A stretch of 64,000 nucleotides of DNA from contig CBDCKN010000003.1 of NCBI GenBank assembly GCA_965218295.1, positions 288,001 to 352,000 of the forward strand. The letters are read 5' to 3'. Below the pieces are notes generated by a model. The model made no database searches and had not been told where the DNA came from. It was given only the letters and a program-made list of their open reading frames with translations. The translations under genes were made by a program, and so were the position numbers. The first letter of the stretch is position 1, and each line of letters starts with the position of its first letter. The DNA is from Longimicrobiales bacterium. GTDB lineage: Bacteria; Gemmatimonadota; Gemmatimonadetes; Longimicrobiales; Gaopeijiaceae. This document shows, in pieces, positions 30,739 through 40,062 of this stretch.

Positions 30739-31104
30739 GTGAGAACGTTTCGCAGAGCCATCGAGCTGGGCCTCCCCATCCTGGGGATGGCCGTGGTTTT
30801 CGGCGGCGTCCTCTTCGTCCCCCCGACCAGCCTCCAGATCCAGGTCCTGGTCGTCCTGGTGGGGGTGTTGATCCTCGAAGCGGGTGTCTGGGGCCTGACC
30901 AGTCAGATTCTTCCCAACGAACGTCACTTTGTCGCCCTTCGCGACGAGGGTGACCACTTCATCAACCTCATCCGCAACCTCAACGCGGCGGCGCTGGCGC
31001 GTAAGGCCGGCCTCGAAGGAAGCGACGAGCACTTCGAGGAGGCTCTGGCCGCCATGCACGCGTCCGTGGAGCGCATGGCGGGGCTGGCTGGGGAGGAGCG
31101 CTAG
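30739..31104 (+). CDS. Hypothetical membrane protein (2 TM)
   Basis: Purine-rich RBS, GTG start, two hydrophobic helices. Confidence 0.7.
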   Translation: MRTFRRAIELGLPILGMAVVFGGVLFVPPTSLQIQVLVVLVGVLILEAGVWGLTSQILPNERHFVALRDEGDHFINLIRNLNAAALARKAGLEGSDEHFEEALAAMHASVERMAGLAGEER

Positions 31105-34100
31105 AAGGCCGTCCCCAGTCGAAGGTACAGAGGATCATCGGCCTCGTCGTTCAGGGTGAGAGCGGCTCCCAACCTGAAGAACAGGCGCGTGTTGAAGAGG
31201 GCCAGCACCGAGAGCTGCAGCTCGGCCCCCACGGCCCCGAGCGTCGGCTCCCGCGGGTTCAGGACGTCGATGGCTGGATTCGAGTCTCCCCAGGCATTCC
31301 CGCCGTCCACGAACAAGGAGCCGCTTAATCGGTCGACATGCAGGGGGAAGAGGCCCAGGCCTCGGTGGGCGTTCAGGATCGGGAAGCGGTATTCGGCGGA
31401 TGCCGTCCAGGCGTAGCGACCTGCGCGCTGGCCCCTGAAGTACCCCCTCACGGGGAAGAGCAGTGACGAGCCTTCGAACAGCTCCCGGGGCCAACCGCCC
31501 CCCTGTGCACCACCCACGTCGAAGTGGAACCGGTCCGCTCCGGGACCGAAGGCCGCTCCCAACGAGGCTCGCCACGCGAAGACGTGGCGCGAGAAGCCCG
31601 GGCCCGCAAAGGCACGGTAACCCCGGATCCGGGCGGTAGCTTCCCGGAACCCGCGATCATCGCCGTGGACCCCGCGCAGCGAGCTCGGAAGCGAGAGCTC
31701 ACGGCGCGCCCGAAGCCGGAGAAAACCCCCGAACCCGGCCTCCGCGCTGGTGGAGAAGGCATAGGAGCGGGCGCTGCTGAAGGAGACTGTCGTCGAGGCC
31801 TCCGCCAGTCGGCGCTGCGGCCGGGAGGGGGCGAAGGGGATCTCATCCAGGTTCTCATCCAGAAGCTCGAGCTCCTCCCAAACGTGCGCGGTCGAGAATG
31901 ACACGGACGTACGGGTCCGCATCCGCTGACGGACCAGCGTCACCGAGCCTCCCAGCCTGCGCTCCCTTTCCCCGTCGAACGCCGGGATCGGGTCGCCGGG
32001 CTCGGGCTCGAAGGCGAAGGGGCCGTCGATGTTGTGATCCTTGATGTCGTGATCCTGACGGAAGGAGAGACCCAGGAACGGATTGCCTCTCCCGGAATAG
32101 GCGTACGACAGATCGAGATCCGTCCGGCCGCTCCTCCGGAACACGCCTTCGATAGCGTAGGAATGCCGGCCCACCAGGTCCTGTCCCTCGACGCGCGCAC
32201 CGAATCCGGGCTTGAGCACTTCCTTGTCCTGCCGTGTCACGCCCGATCGGATGATCGGCTCCCAGGAGCGCGGCCAGATGGTCTGGAGCGCCCGGTACGG
32301 GTGCGAATCGCCCGACACCTGACGGGTGAAGAGCTCCGCGGCCTCCTCCCCCCCGCGTGTGAAGCCCTCCTTCAGCGGGAGCGGATCGAACCAGGAGTCC
32401 GGATCGAAGCGGATGCGCTCCACGTCCCAGCCATGGACATGATAGCTGGAGAAGTAGATCCACTCGCCCATGGGATCCACGGAGGGGTACGCACTCCCCC
32501 CGAGCATGTTCGTGACTTGGCGGAGGGATCCCGGAGCTCCGGACGTAGGATCGACTTCCACGGCATACAAGTTCGGAATCCCGCTCCGGTCCGACGACCA
32601 CAGGAGCCGGTGACCGTCCGGCGTCCAGGCCGCCGTTTGGTCGATGGCCCGGTCGTCGGTGACCTGATGTACGATCCGGCCCGTCGGGTCCAAAACGAAC
32701 AGATCGTAGAAGGCGCCCGGCCTCCACCGCGAGGCGGCGATCCAGCGACCACCCGGTGACCAAGCCGGATACGCCCAGTGCTCGTCCGCCACCGACTCGG
32801 TAAGAGGCTCGATCGCTCCCGTGGACAGATCCACCCTGACGAGGCGGTTCGTCCCGTCGCCATCCTGCACGGCCACGGCGTATCGACCGTCCGGCGAAAC
32901 CGTGGGCTGATCCAGGCGAGCGCCCCGGGTTACCCGGTGCTCGACACCGTCGCTGTCGACGCGCACCAGATCGGACCGTATCCGGTACGGGTCGGTGAAC
33001 TCCTGTTGGGCCACAAGAAGCGCGCCGTCGGGAAGCCAGATCAGGTCCGCGATATTGTTCACGCGTGTGAGCTTACGGCTGTCGGATCCGTCCGGATTCG
33101 CCACCCGTAGCTGGATGTCGCTACGGCCGTCGGAGCGTAGGTAGGCGAGCCGGCTGCCGTCGGGAGAGATCTCCGGGAAGAGCGCCCGGCGCCCTTCCCG
33201 TGCGAGCGGCTTCCCCTTCGTAAGGGGGGCGGCGGCAGCCAGCGAATCGGCCAGGGCACGATAGCCGGCGTCGAGCTCTCGCTCCCACGAGGACCACGCC
33301 TCGCTGAAGCCGGTCCCGAAAGCGTCCTCCGCCCCCGAGTTCACGCGCCACGGGATGATCTGCCGGGCGATGGCCTCCACGAAATCGGCCATGCGCTCCT
33401 CCCCGTACAGGTCCAGCATGTGGTAGAGGAACGACGCACCGTAGACGTACACGCGGCTTCCGGCGGGCCAGTTGGGCGAGAGGCCGGAGACCTGATCCAG
33501 GCCCTCGAACCCGCCCTCGAGGATGGCCGTTCGGAGCACCATGTCGTGGAAGCTCCCCTTCACTCTCCCGGACTCGGTGAGGGCCGACTCGTAGTAGGTG
33601 GCCATCCCCTCGCCGATCCACGTCGGTACGTCGAAGCCCGGAAAAGCCGGCCAGTCCGCCGAGGAGCGTCCCAGCACCGTCCTCACCAGCGACCCGATGG
33701 GTCCCGTGTGGTCGAGATGGAAGACGTGTACCAGCTCGTGGGTGACCACCGTCTCCAACCAGTCGTCGAAGTGGGTGGTGTTGAACCCCTCCAGGGGAGG
33801 CCGGACGAAGACCGTGATCCGATTGAAGGGGAGCGCATTGGTGAAGCCGTTGCTCCGGTCGACGTGATCGGTCAACAGCAGCTCGATGCGGTCGCCAGGG
33901 GGATCGACGAACCTCTCGCTCAGGAGGTCATAAGCGCGTTCCGCACGCTCCCCCGCCCTCCTGGCCAGCGCCTCCAGATCGGCGGGGAAAGTGACGCGAA
34001 AGTGGGTCGTCTCCAGGCTTCGCCAGCGCTCGTCCGGCGGTACTTGCGCCGCCCCCGCGGTCGCCCACAGCACGCAGAGAACGACCGACCAGAGCGTGGT

Positions 34101-34121
34101 CGTGACGAGCGACCGGATCAT
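31101..34121 (-). CDS. Outer-membrane protein: HExxH peptidase-like domain, PD40 beta-propeller and Omp85-like barrel
   Basis: Signal peptide, HELVH...EGMA, SPDG repeats, VRGY motif, terminal Phe. Confidence 0.85.
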   Translation of the reverse strand: MIRSLVTTTLWSVVLCVLWATAGAAQVPPDERWRSLETTHFRVTFPADLEALARRAGERAERAYDLLSERFVDPPGDRIELLLTDHVDRSNGFTNALPFNRITVFVRPPLEGFNTTHFDDWLETVVTHELVHVFHLDHTGPIGSLVRTVLGRSSADWPAFPGFDVPTWIGEGMATYYESALTESGRVKGSFHDMVLRTAILEGGFEGLDQVSGLSPNWPAGSRVYVYGASFLYHMLDLYGEERMADFVEAIARQIIPWRVNSGAEDAFGTGFSEAWSSWERELDAGYRALADSLAAAAPLTKGKPLAREGRRALFPEISPDGSRLAYLRSDGRSDIQLRVANPDGSDSRKLTRVNNIADLIWLPDGALLVAQQEFTDPYRIRSDLVRVDSDGVEHRVTRGARLDQPTVSPDGRYAVAVQDGDGTNRLVRVDLSTGAIEPLTESVADEHWAYPAWSPGGRWIAASRWRPGAFYDLFVLDPTGRIVHQVTDDRAIDQTAAWTPDGHRLLWSSDRSGIPNLYAVEVDPTSGAPGSLRQVTNMLGGSAYPSVDPMGEWIYFSSYHVHGWDVERIRFDPDSWFDPLPLKEGFTRGGEEAAELFTRQVSGDSHPYRALQTIWPRSWEPIIRSGVTRQDKEVLKPGFGARVEGQDLVGRHSYAIEGVFRRSGRTDLDLSYAYSGRGNPFLGLSFRQDHDIKDHNIDGPFAFEPEPGDPIPAFDGERERRLGGSVTLVRQRMRTRTSVSFSTAHVWEELELLDENLDEIPFAPSRPQRRLAEASTTVSFSSARSYAFSTSAEAGFGGFLRLRARRELSLPSSLRGVHGDDRGFREATARIRGYRAFAGPGFSRHVFAWRASLGAAFGPGADRFHFDVGGAQGGGWPRELFEGSSLLFPVRGYFRGQRAGRYAWTASAEYRFPILNAHRGLGLFPLHVDRLSGSLFVDGGNAWGDSNPAIDVLNPREPTLGAVGAELQLSVLALFNTRLFFRLGAALTLNDEADDPLYLRLGTAF

Positions 34122-34169
34122 TCCGGCCCTCCGACCTTGTCAAACCGCAGCGTCGTCATCACCCTTCGC

Positions 34170-34218
34170 ATAGTGTTCCGTTTCCAAAGTTCGCGAGCCA
34201 CCAAGAGGGCCGGGGCGC
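34170..34218. repeat. MITE family A, left-end fragment
   Basis: TAGTGTTCCGTTTCCAAAGTTCGCGAGCCACCAAGAGGGCCGGGGCGC matches 49244-49291. Confidence 0.8.
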
Positions 34219-34262
34219 ACTACGGCCTCCACTCTTCGATCACACTGAGCCCCCCGGGGGGC

Positions 34263-34898
34263 ATGAGCGAATCGTCCAAGAACATCTGGTACCAGCTGGG
34301 CTACGCGCTGGAAACCGCCCGCCAGCATGCTCCTGCCCCGAAGAAGGTACGTAAGAAGCCGGGCAAGGCTGACGATGCGCCTGCGCCTTCCGCCGTAGAC
34401 CAGCTTCTGGCAGCCGGCGGCGGGGCCGTTACACACAGGCTGATCTCCGCCCTTTCGCGACGCCGACCCGGGACGCTGCGCATCGCCCGCGCCGCATTGG
34501 CCGGAGCCGGTGCCGCCTTCGTGTTGAGCCTGCTGCGAATGAGCGCGAACGGCTCGTCCGCCGAGAACGGCGCCGCGCCGGATCCCGCTCTGGAGCTCCT
34601 CATCGGCGCAGCGCGTGGGATCCTGTACGGCTCCGTGCTCGAGCCTCGGCTGCCGGGCTCCTCCATCTTCCGCGGCGCTACTTTCGGGGTCATGGAGTAC
34701 GTGGCCTCTCCCCTGGGCGGCCTTGACGGCATCCTGGGGGCCGCGAGCCCTCACCGGACCATCCCGCTCCTTGCCGTGCTCTTCGCCGGCGACGAGGTTC
34801 CGGCCGGGTCCCTGACCCATCATGTGGCATTCGGCGCAGCCCTGGGTCTCCTCTACGGGGAAGGAAGAGCAAGCAGGGGCAGGCGCGACGTCGTGTAG
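34263..34898 (+). CDS. Hypothetical membrane protein
   Basis: ATG 34263; hydrophobic segments, HHVAFG near the C-terminus. Confidence 0.65.
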   Translation: MSESSKNIWYQLGYALETARQHAPAPKKVRKKPGKADDAPAPSAVDQLLAAGGGAVTHRLISALSRRRPGTLRIARAALAGAGAAFVLSLLRMSANGSSAENGAAPDPALELLIGAARGILYGSVLEPRLPGSSIFRGATFGVMEYVASPLGGLDGILGAASPHRTIPLLAVLFAGDEVPAGSLTHHVAFGAALGLLYGEGRASRGRRDVV

Positions 34899-36637
34899 GG
34901 AGGCAGGCTCCTCGGCTCGCTTCGGAGCATTCCCTCGGGACATGGCACGATCCCTACGCCCCCCCTCGTGTCGTCCACCGCATCGGCTTCGGTCCTGGTC
35001 GCAACATCGTCGACGATCCCAAGAATCTGCGCGGACGACTCTCCCCTTCCCACCCCTATCAGGCTGCAGAACGCCTCGGGCCGGGCCATCAGCACCGGAC
35101 CGACATACGCGGTCGCCAACCGATCTACCCGGTCGAGCACCACGTAGGAGACACCCGCCGCTCTGGCCTCCTCCAAGAAGCGGTCCGGATCCCGGCTCAG
35201 GGGATAGGTTCGACTCCTGACGCCCGAGAGAGTGTAGAAGATCCGCGGTTTTCGGCTGAACACGCCCGCTCCGTCGGGAGCGTTCTCGCCCAGCCACCGG
35301 GCAGCGGCGACGAACTGCTGGAATCCCTCACTGTAGCACGCAAAGGGGCCGGCGGCCTTGACCACCTCTCGGCACGCCGCCGCCTGACGCGTCACGTCAC
35401 TCCACCCCCGGGCCGAGGGGACGACCAGGAGAGAGATCGCGATCAGCCCAACGACAAGTGGCATTCTGGCGTGCACGCGGGCCGCCCCCGCGAGGAGAGC
35501 TTCACCCGCGTAGAAGAGCAAGAGCGGGTAGAGCGGCAGGGCGAAGCGATCCCCGGACCAAACGGCCGGCCAAAGCAGGATCAGGCCGAAGTAAAGGGGG
35601 AGAAACAGCTCGGCCACAGTGGTTTGCTCCCGGAGGCGCCTCGTCCACCCCACCGCCGCCATCCCCGCCAGCAGGAGGCCGAGCATCATCAAGGGCGCAC
35701 CGGACCAGTTCGTCAGCCCCCCCGGAATGTGGGAGAAGACATAGCCCTGGAGGTTGTCCAGAACGCGGCGGACCAGGTCCGAGACGCCGGCGGTACCAAG
35801 TTCCGGCTGGTACGGATCGATGAGCCAGAACTCGGAGACGTACTGGGCCTGCCCCGCGCCCCGGGAGCGTAGCCACCACGCCAGGCTGGGAATCGCGAAC
35901 GCTGCGGCAAATCCCCCGAGGGCCTTCCAGCGCCGGCCGACCGTCAGGGCCCCACCCATCGCGAGAACGAGCGGGAGGCCGGCCGTGCGCGTGAAAGTGG
36001 CCAGGATGGCCATGAGGCAGCCCGCTGCGATCCAGATCCCGGAGCGCTCCCCATCGTGTGAATCCTCTTCGTCGTTCGAGCGCTCTCCGTCGTGCGAGCG
36101 CTCCCCATCGTCCGAGCGGTGGAAGGCCCACAGACACCCCAGTGTCAGGGCCAGAAAAAGAGGGTCGGAAAGGATCCAATTGCTGGACCACAAAAACGCC
36201 GGGGAGAGGGCCAGGACGGCGGCCACTCCCGTGGCCAACCCGGCCCCGTGTCGGTCCTTCACCCACCCGAACGACAGCACCACTGCCGTCGTCACGAAGA
36301 GGACGGAGAGCAGTTTGAAGGTGAGCCATGCCTCGGCGCCCAGAAGCATGGCACCGGCTAGAATAGCGGGATAGAACGGGGGATACTTGGTGTGGGGGTT
36401 CCCGGCGGGGTCCCACGCCTCCACATAACCGGCCCCCTCGGCCAGCGAGTGCGCCAGCGAGATGTATCCGGCGTTGTCGCCCCCGTTGTGCGGGGCGGGG
36501 CTCAGTGCCGGGAGCACGATGGTGAGGTGGGCCAGAGCCACCACCAGGAGGATCGCCCACATGGGGATCCGGCGGCTGGGCGCCTCGGCGGCTCCGGCGG
36601 CCCGAGCCGATCTACCTTCACCGGACCGGCCGCTCAC
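34853..36637 (-). CDS. GT-C fold (ArnT/PMT-like) membrane glycosyltransferase
   Basis: GDNAGY, YPPFYP, LSDPLF; many TM helices. Confidence 0.75.
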   Translation of the reverse strand: MSGRSGEGRSARAAGAAEAPSRRIPMWAILLVVALAHLTIVLPALSPAPHNGGDNAGYISLAHSLAEGAGYVEAWDPAGNPHTKYPPFYPAILAGAMLLGAEAWLTFKLLSVLFVTTAVVLSFGWVKDRHGAGLATGVAAVLALSPAFLWSSNWILSDPLFLALTLGCLWAFHRSDDGERSHDGERSNDEEDSHDGERSGIWIAAGCLMAILATFTRTAGLPLVLAMGGALTVGRRWKALGGFAAAFAIPSLAWWLRSRGAGQAQYVSEFWLIDPYQPELGTAGVSDLVRRVLDNLQGYVFSHIPGGLTNWSGAPLMMLGLLLAGMAAVGWTRRLREQTTVAELFLPLYFGLILLWPAVWSGDRFALPLYPLLLFYAGEALLAGAARVHARMPLVVGLIAISLLVVPSARGWSDVTRQAAACREVVKAAGPFACYSEGFQQFVAAARWLGENAPDGAGVFSRKPRIFYTLSGVRSRTYPLSRDPDRFLEEARAAGVSYVVLDRVDRLATAYVGPVLMARPEAFCSLIGVGRGESSAQILGIVDDVATRTEADAVDDTRGGVGIVPCPEGMLRSEPRSLPPYTTSRLPLLALPSP

Positions 36638-37800
36638 CGACTCGCCCCCGGCGTGAACGAGCCCAGGACCCTAGGGCCACGTGCCCCCGTGGCGTCGGGC
36701 GCGTTGGATGCCACTCCGTGCAGATGTGCCCACGTGAGCACCGCAAAGGCGAGGGCTTCCCAGGCGTCCGGGTCGACGCCAAGCTCTCCCCCGTCCTTCA
36801 CCGGGAGGGGGGCCAGCTCCTCCCGGATCGCCTCCGCCAGCACCGGGTTCCTGGATCCGCCTCCCATGAGGAACACCTCGTCGATCCCTCGTGGGAGGAC
36901 CCACTTGCGGTATGCGGCTCCGATGGTTCGGGCGGTCAGGGCCGTGAGCGTGGCGATGAGGTCGCGCCAGCCCGCTTCGTCGGAGCCGGGGGTCAGGCCC
37001 TCCGCCAGCCGATCCACGTAGGCGCGACCGTACCGCTCCCGGCCGGTGGTCTTGGGAGGCTCCGCCCGGAAGTAGTCGTCATCAAGGAGGCGAGCCAGGA
37101 GGTCCTCGTCGACCCGCCCGCGCCGGGCCAGCCCGCCGTCCACGTCGAAGGGGAGCTCACGGTTGGTGGCGCGTCTGGCGGCCTCGTCCACCAGGGCCGT
37201 TCCCGGGCCCGTGTCGAAAGCCAGAAGCGGCTCGGCCAACCCCGACGGGGGAAGCCACGTCACGTTGGACATGCCACCGATGTTGTGCAGGGCCCGCCGG
37301 TGCTGCGGCACGGAGTAGAGCAGCCAGTCCGGCCAGGTGACCATGGGGGCTCCATGGCCCCCGGCGGCCACGTCCCGGCTCCGGAAGTCGCTGACGACCG
37401 CCACCCCCGTGACCTCGGCCACGGTGGCCGGATCGCCGAGTTGGAGGGTCGATCCCCGCGCCCCGTCATCCGGTGGAACGTGCCAGATCGTGTGGCCGTG
37501 GCATCCCACGGCGGCCAGGTCCGCCGGGCTCAGCCCGGCCCCTTCGCACACCCTCAGCACCGCCGCGGCCATCCACTCTCCCAGGGAGGCGTTCAGCCGG
37601 CACAGCCCCTCCGGCGTGCCCTCCTCCATACCCTTCAGAAGCAGCGCCTGGCGATCCGGCTCATAGGGCGTGCTCTCGAAGGCGAGGAGTGTCCACGTGA
37701 AGTCCTCAGGAGAGCTCCCCCCGAAGCGCACCAGAGCGGCGTCGATCCCATCCAGGGAGGTCCCTGACATGAGGCCCACCACAAGCTCTCCCGAGCTCAC
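36634..37800 (-). CDS. anmK: Anhydro-N-acetylmuramic acid kinase
   Basis: GLMSGTSLDGID, DFRSRD, NIGG, FDTGPG, PPKTTGRE. Confidence 0.95.
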   Translation of the reverse strand: MSSGELVVGLMSGTSLDGIDAALVRFGGSSPEDFTWTLLAFESTPYEPDRQALLLKGMEEGTPEGLCRLNASLGEWMAAAVLRVCEGAGLSPADLAAVGCHGHTIWHVPPDDGARGSTLQLGDPATVAEVTGVAVVSDFRSRDVAAGGHGAPMVTWPDWLLYSVPQHRRALHNIGGMSNVTWLPPSGLAEPLLAFDTGPGTALVDEAARRATNRELPFDVDGGLARRGRVDEDLLARLLDDDYFRAEPPKTTGRERYGRAYVDRLAEGLTPGSDEAGWRDLIATLTALTARTIGAAYRKWVLPRGIDEVFLMGGGSRNPVLAEAIREELAPLPVKDGGELGVDPDAWEALAFAVLTWAHLHGVASNAPDATGARGPRVLGSFTPGASR

Positions 37801-38711
37801 CCGGTGGGATCCTCGGTGAGGTCTCCGAGTACGCGCGCCAAGACGCCGTCCGCCGCTTGGAGCATCCGAGTCGCCTCGTCCAGCTCGACCCCCCGATGTC
37901 CCATGACCAGGGCCGCCTTCACGTGCCCGCCTGCCGCCTCCAGGAGTGCCGAGGCCTGGGTCCGGTCCACTCCCAGAGTCTTCATGAGGATCCTCTCCCC
38001 GCGGTCCTGGAGCTTCTCGCATGTGGCTTGGAGGTCCACCATGAGGTTCCCGAACACCTTCCCGATCCGGATCATGGCCCCCGTGGTGATGATGTTCAGG
38101 ACCATCTTGGTGGCGGTCCCGGCCTTCATGCGCGTGGACCCGGTGACCACCTCGGGCCCAACCAGGGGCGCGATGACGACGTCGTGAGTGTCCACCAGCT
38201 CGGGCGTCGGATGGGTGCAGAGGAGGAAGCCGGTGCGGGCGCCCCGCTCCCGGGCCCGGGCGAGAGCACCGTGCACATAGGGCGTCGTCCCCGAGGTGGC
38301 AATCCCCAGGACGAAGTCGCTCGGCCCCACGTTCCTTTCGTCGATGGCGCGGGCACCGTCGTCGGGGCTGTCCTCGGCCCCCTCCTGTGAGCGGACCAGG
38401 GCCTCGAAGCCGCCGGCGATGATGCCCTGGACCAGGACGGGGTGGGTGCCGTAGGTCGGGGGCATCTCGGCCGCGTCCAGCACCCCCAGCCGCCCCGACG
38501 TGCCGGCGCCCACATAGATCAGGTGTCCGGCCCCCTTGAATGCCTCCACCACCATGTCGATGGTCCTAGCGATGGCCACCCGCTCCTCGGCCACGGCGTC
38601 CGCCACCATCCGGTCTTCGGCGTTGATGAGATCCACGATCTCGACGGACGAGAGGGCGTCGATGCGCGTGGAACGCGGGTTCCTCTGCTCTGTAAGGCGG
38701 TCATCGAGCAT
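37797..38711 (-). CDS. murQ: N-acetylmuramic acid 6-phosphate etherase
   Basis: TEQRN, GAGTSGRLGVLDA, GPEVVTGSTRMKAG. Confidence 0.95.
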   Translation of the reverse strand: MLDDRLTEQRNPRSTRIDALSSVEIVDLINAEDRMVADAVAEERVAIARTIDMVVEAFKGAGHLIYVGAGTSGRLGVLDAAEMPPTYGTHPVLVQGIIAGGFEALVRSQEGAEDSPDDGARAIDERNVGPSDFVLGIATSGTTPYVHGALARARERGARTGFLLCTHPTPELVDTHDVVIAPLVGPEVVTGSTRMKAGTATKMVLNIITTGAMIRIGKVFGNLMVDLQATCEKLQDRGERILMKTLGVDRTQASALLEAAGGHVKAALVMGHRGVELDEATRMLQAADGVLARVLGDLTEDPTG

Positions 38712-38851
38712 GAATGGTCCTGGCCGCTCCTCAGTGGATGTGGGCCGAGGTGTGTACACCCCTCGCTTGCGGTATCTAGTACCGGCGAACAAGCTAACCT
38801 TCGTATTTTTCCGACAGCAACCGAAGATCGCATACACCGAGGGCATACACT

Positions 38852-40060
38852 TTGAACCTTCTCGAGCAGGCCAGAGCCATGGCCCCCGATCTGGTGGAGA
38901 TACGCCGCGACCTGCACCGGCATCCGGAGCTCTCCTTTCTGGAGGTGCGCACCGCCGGCATCGCGGCGAGAGCCATGGAGGCCCTGGGTTGCCGGGTCCG
39001 AACCGAGGTAGGCATCACGGGAGTGGTGGCCGACCTCGACAACGGCGCGGGTCCCATGGTCGCCCTCCGGGCCGACATGGACGCTCTCCCCATTCACGAG
39101 ACGAACACCCACGACTTCGTCTCGGAGAATCCCGGAGTCATGCACGCTTGTGGCCACGACGCCCACGTGGCGGGACTAATCGGGGCGGCAAGGCTGCTGG
39201 CTCGGGAGCGTGACGAGGGCCGGCTCCCGCCGGGCTCCGTCCGGTTCCTCTTCCAGCCCTCCGAGGAGCGGACGGACGAGGAGGGCAAGAGCGGCGCGGC
39301 GCGCATGGTGGACGAGGGAGTCATGGACGGGGTCGCCGCCGTCACCGGGCTCCACATCGCGTCGGTGCTCCCCTCGGGGAAGCTCTTCTTCCGGGTGGGC
39401 CCTCTGATGGCGGGCACCGAGGAGATTCAGGTGGAGGTCCGGGGCGAGAGCGGCCACGCCGCTCGGCCCGACCTCGGTGTGGACGCGCTCGTGCTGGCGG
39501 CCCAGGGGATCGTCACCGCACAGCAGGCCGTCTCCCGCGGCCTCTCGCCCACGGAAGCAGGCGTGCTCACCTTCGGCCGCATCGAGGGGGGCACTGCGAA
39601 CAACGTGTTGGCCGACCTGGTCACGATCGAGGGGACCATGCGGTTCTTCTCCGAGGACGTGCGGGATCGGCTTTGCCGCCACCTGAAGGCATCCTTCGGC
39701 ATGCTCGAGGCCCTCGGGGCCAAGGTGACGGTCCGCATCGGCCCCGGTTATCCGCCTGTGGTCAACGATGCCCGGATCACGGAGTGGGTGCAGGCAGCCG
39801 CCGTCGACCTCGTGGGCGACGACGCCACGCTGCCCATCGAGCCGACGACCCTTGCGGAGGACTTCTCCTTCCTGGCGCGCGAAGCACCGGGCACCTTCTT
39901 CTTGCTGGGAGCCGCACCTCCCGAGCCGCGGATGCACCACCGGCCCGACTTCGATATCGACGAATCTGCCATCCCCCTGGGCGCCGCCACGCTGGCCGCC
40001 GGCGCCGTCCGACTCCTTCGTGAGATGGCCGGAGGTACTGACACCGAGGAGGATGACTGA
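38852..40060 (+). CDS. M20D amidohydrolase
   Basis: HPELSF, RADMDALP, MHACGHD, FQPSEE, EDF. Confidence 0.92.
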   Translation: MNLLEQARAMAPDLVEIRRDLHRHPELSFLEVRTAGIAARAMEALGCRVRTEVGITGVVADLDNGAGPMVALRADMDALPIHETNTHDFVSENPGVMHACGHDAHVAGLIGAARLLARERDEGRLPPGSVRFLFQPSEERTDEEGKSGAARMVDEGVMDGVAAVTGLHIASVLPSGKLFFRVGPLMAGTEEIQVEVRGESGHAARPDLGVDALVLAAQGIVTAQQAVSRGLSPTEAGVLTFGRIEGGTANNVLADLVTIEGTMRFFSEDVRDRLCRHLKASFGMLEALGAKVTVRIGPGYPPVVNDARITEWVQAAAVDLVGDDATLPIEPTTLAEDFSFLAREAPGTFFLLGAAPPEPRMHHRPDFDIDESAIPLGAATLAAGAVRLLREMAGGTDTEEDD

Positions 40061-40062
40061 AG

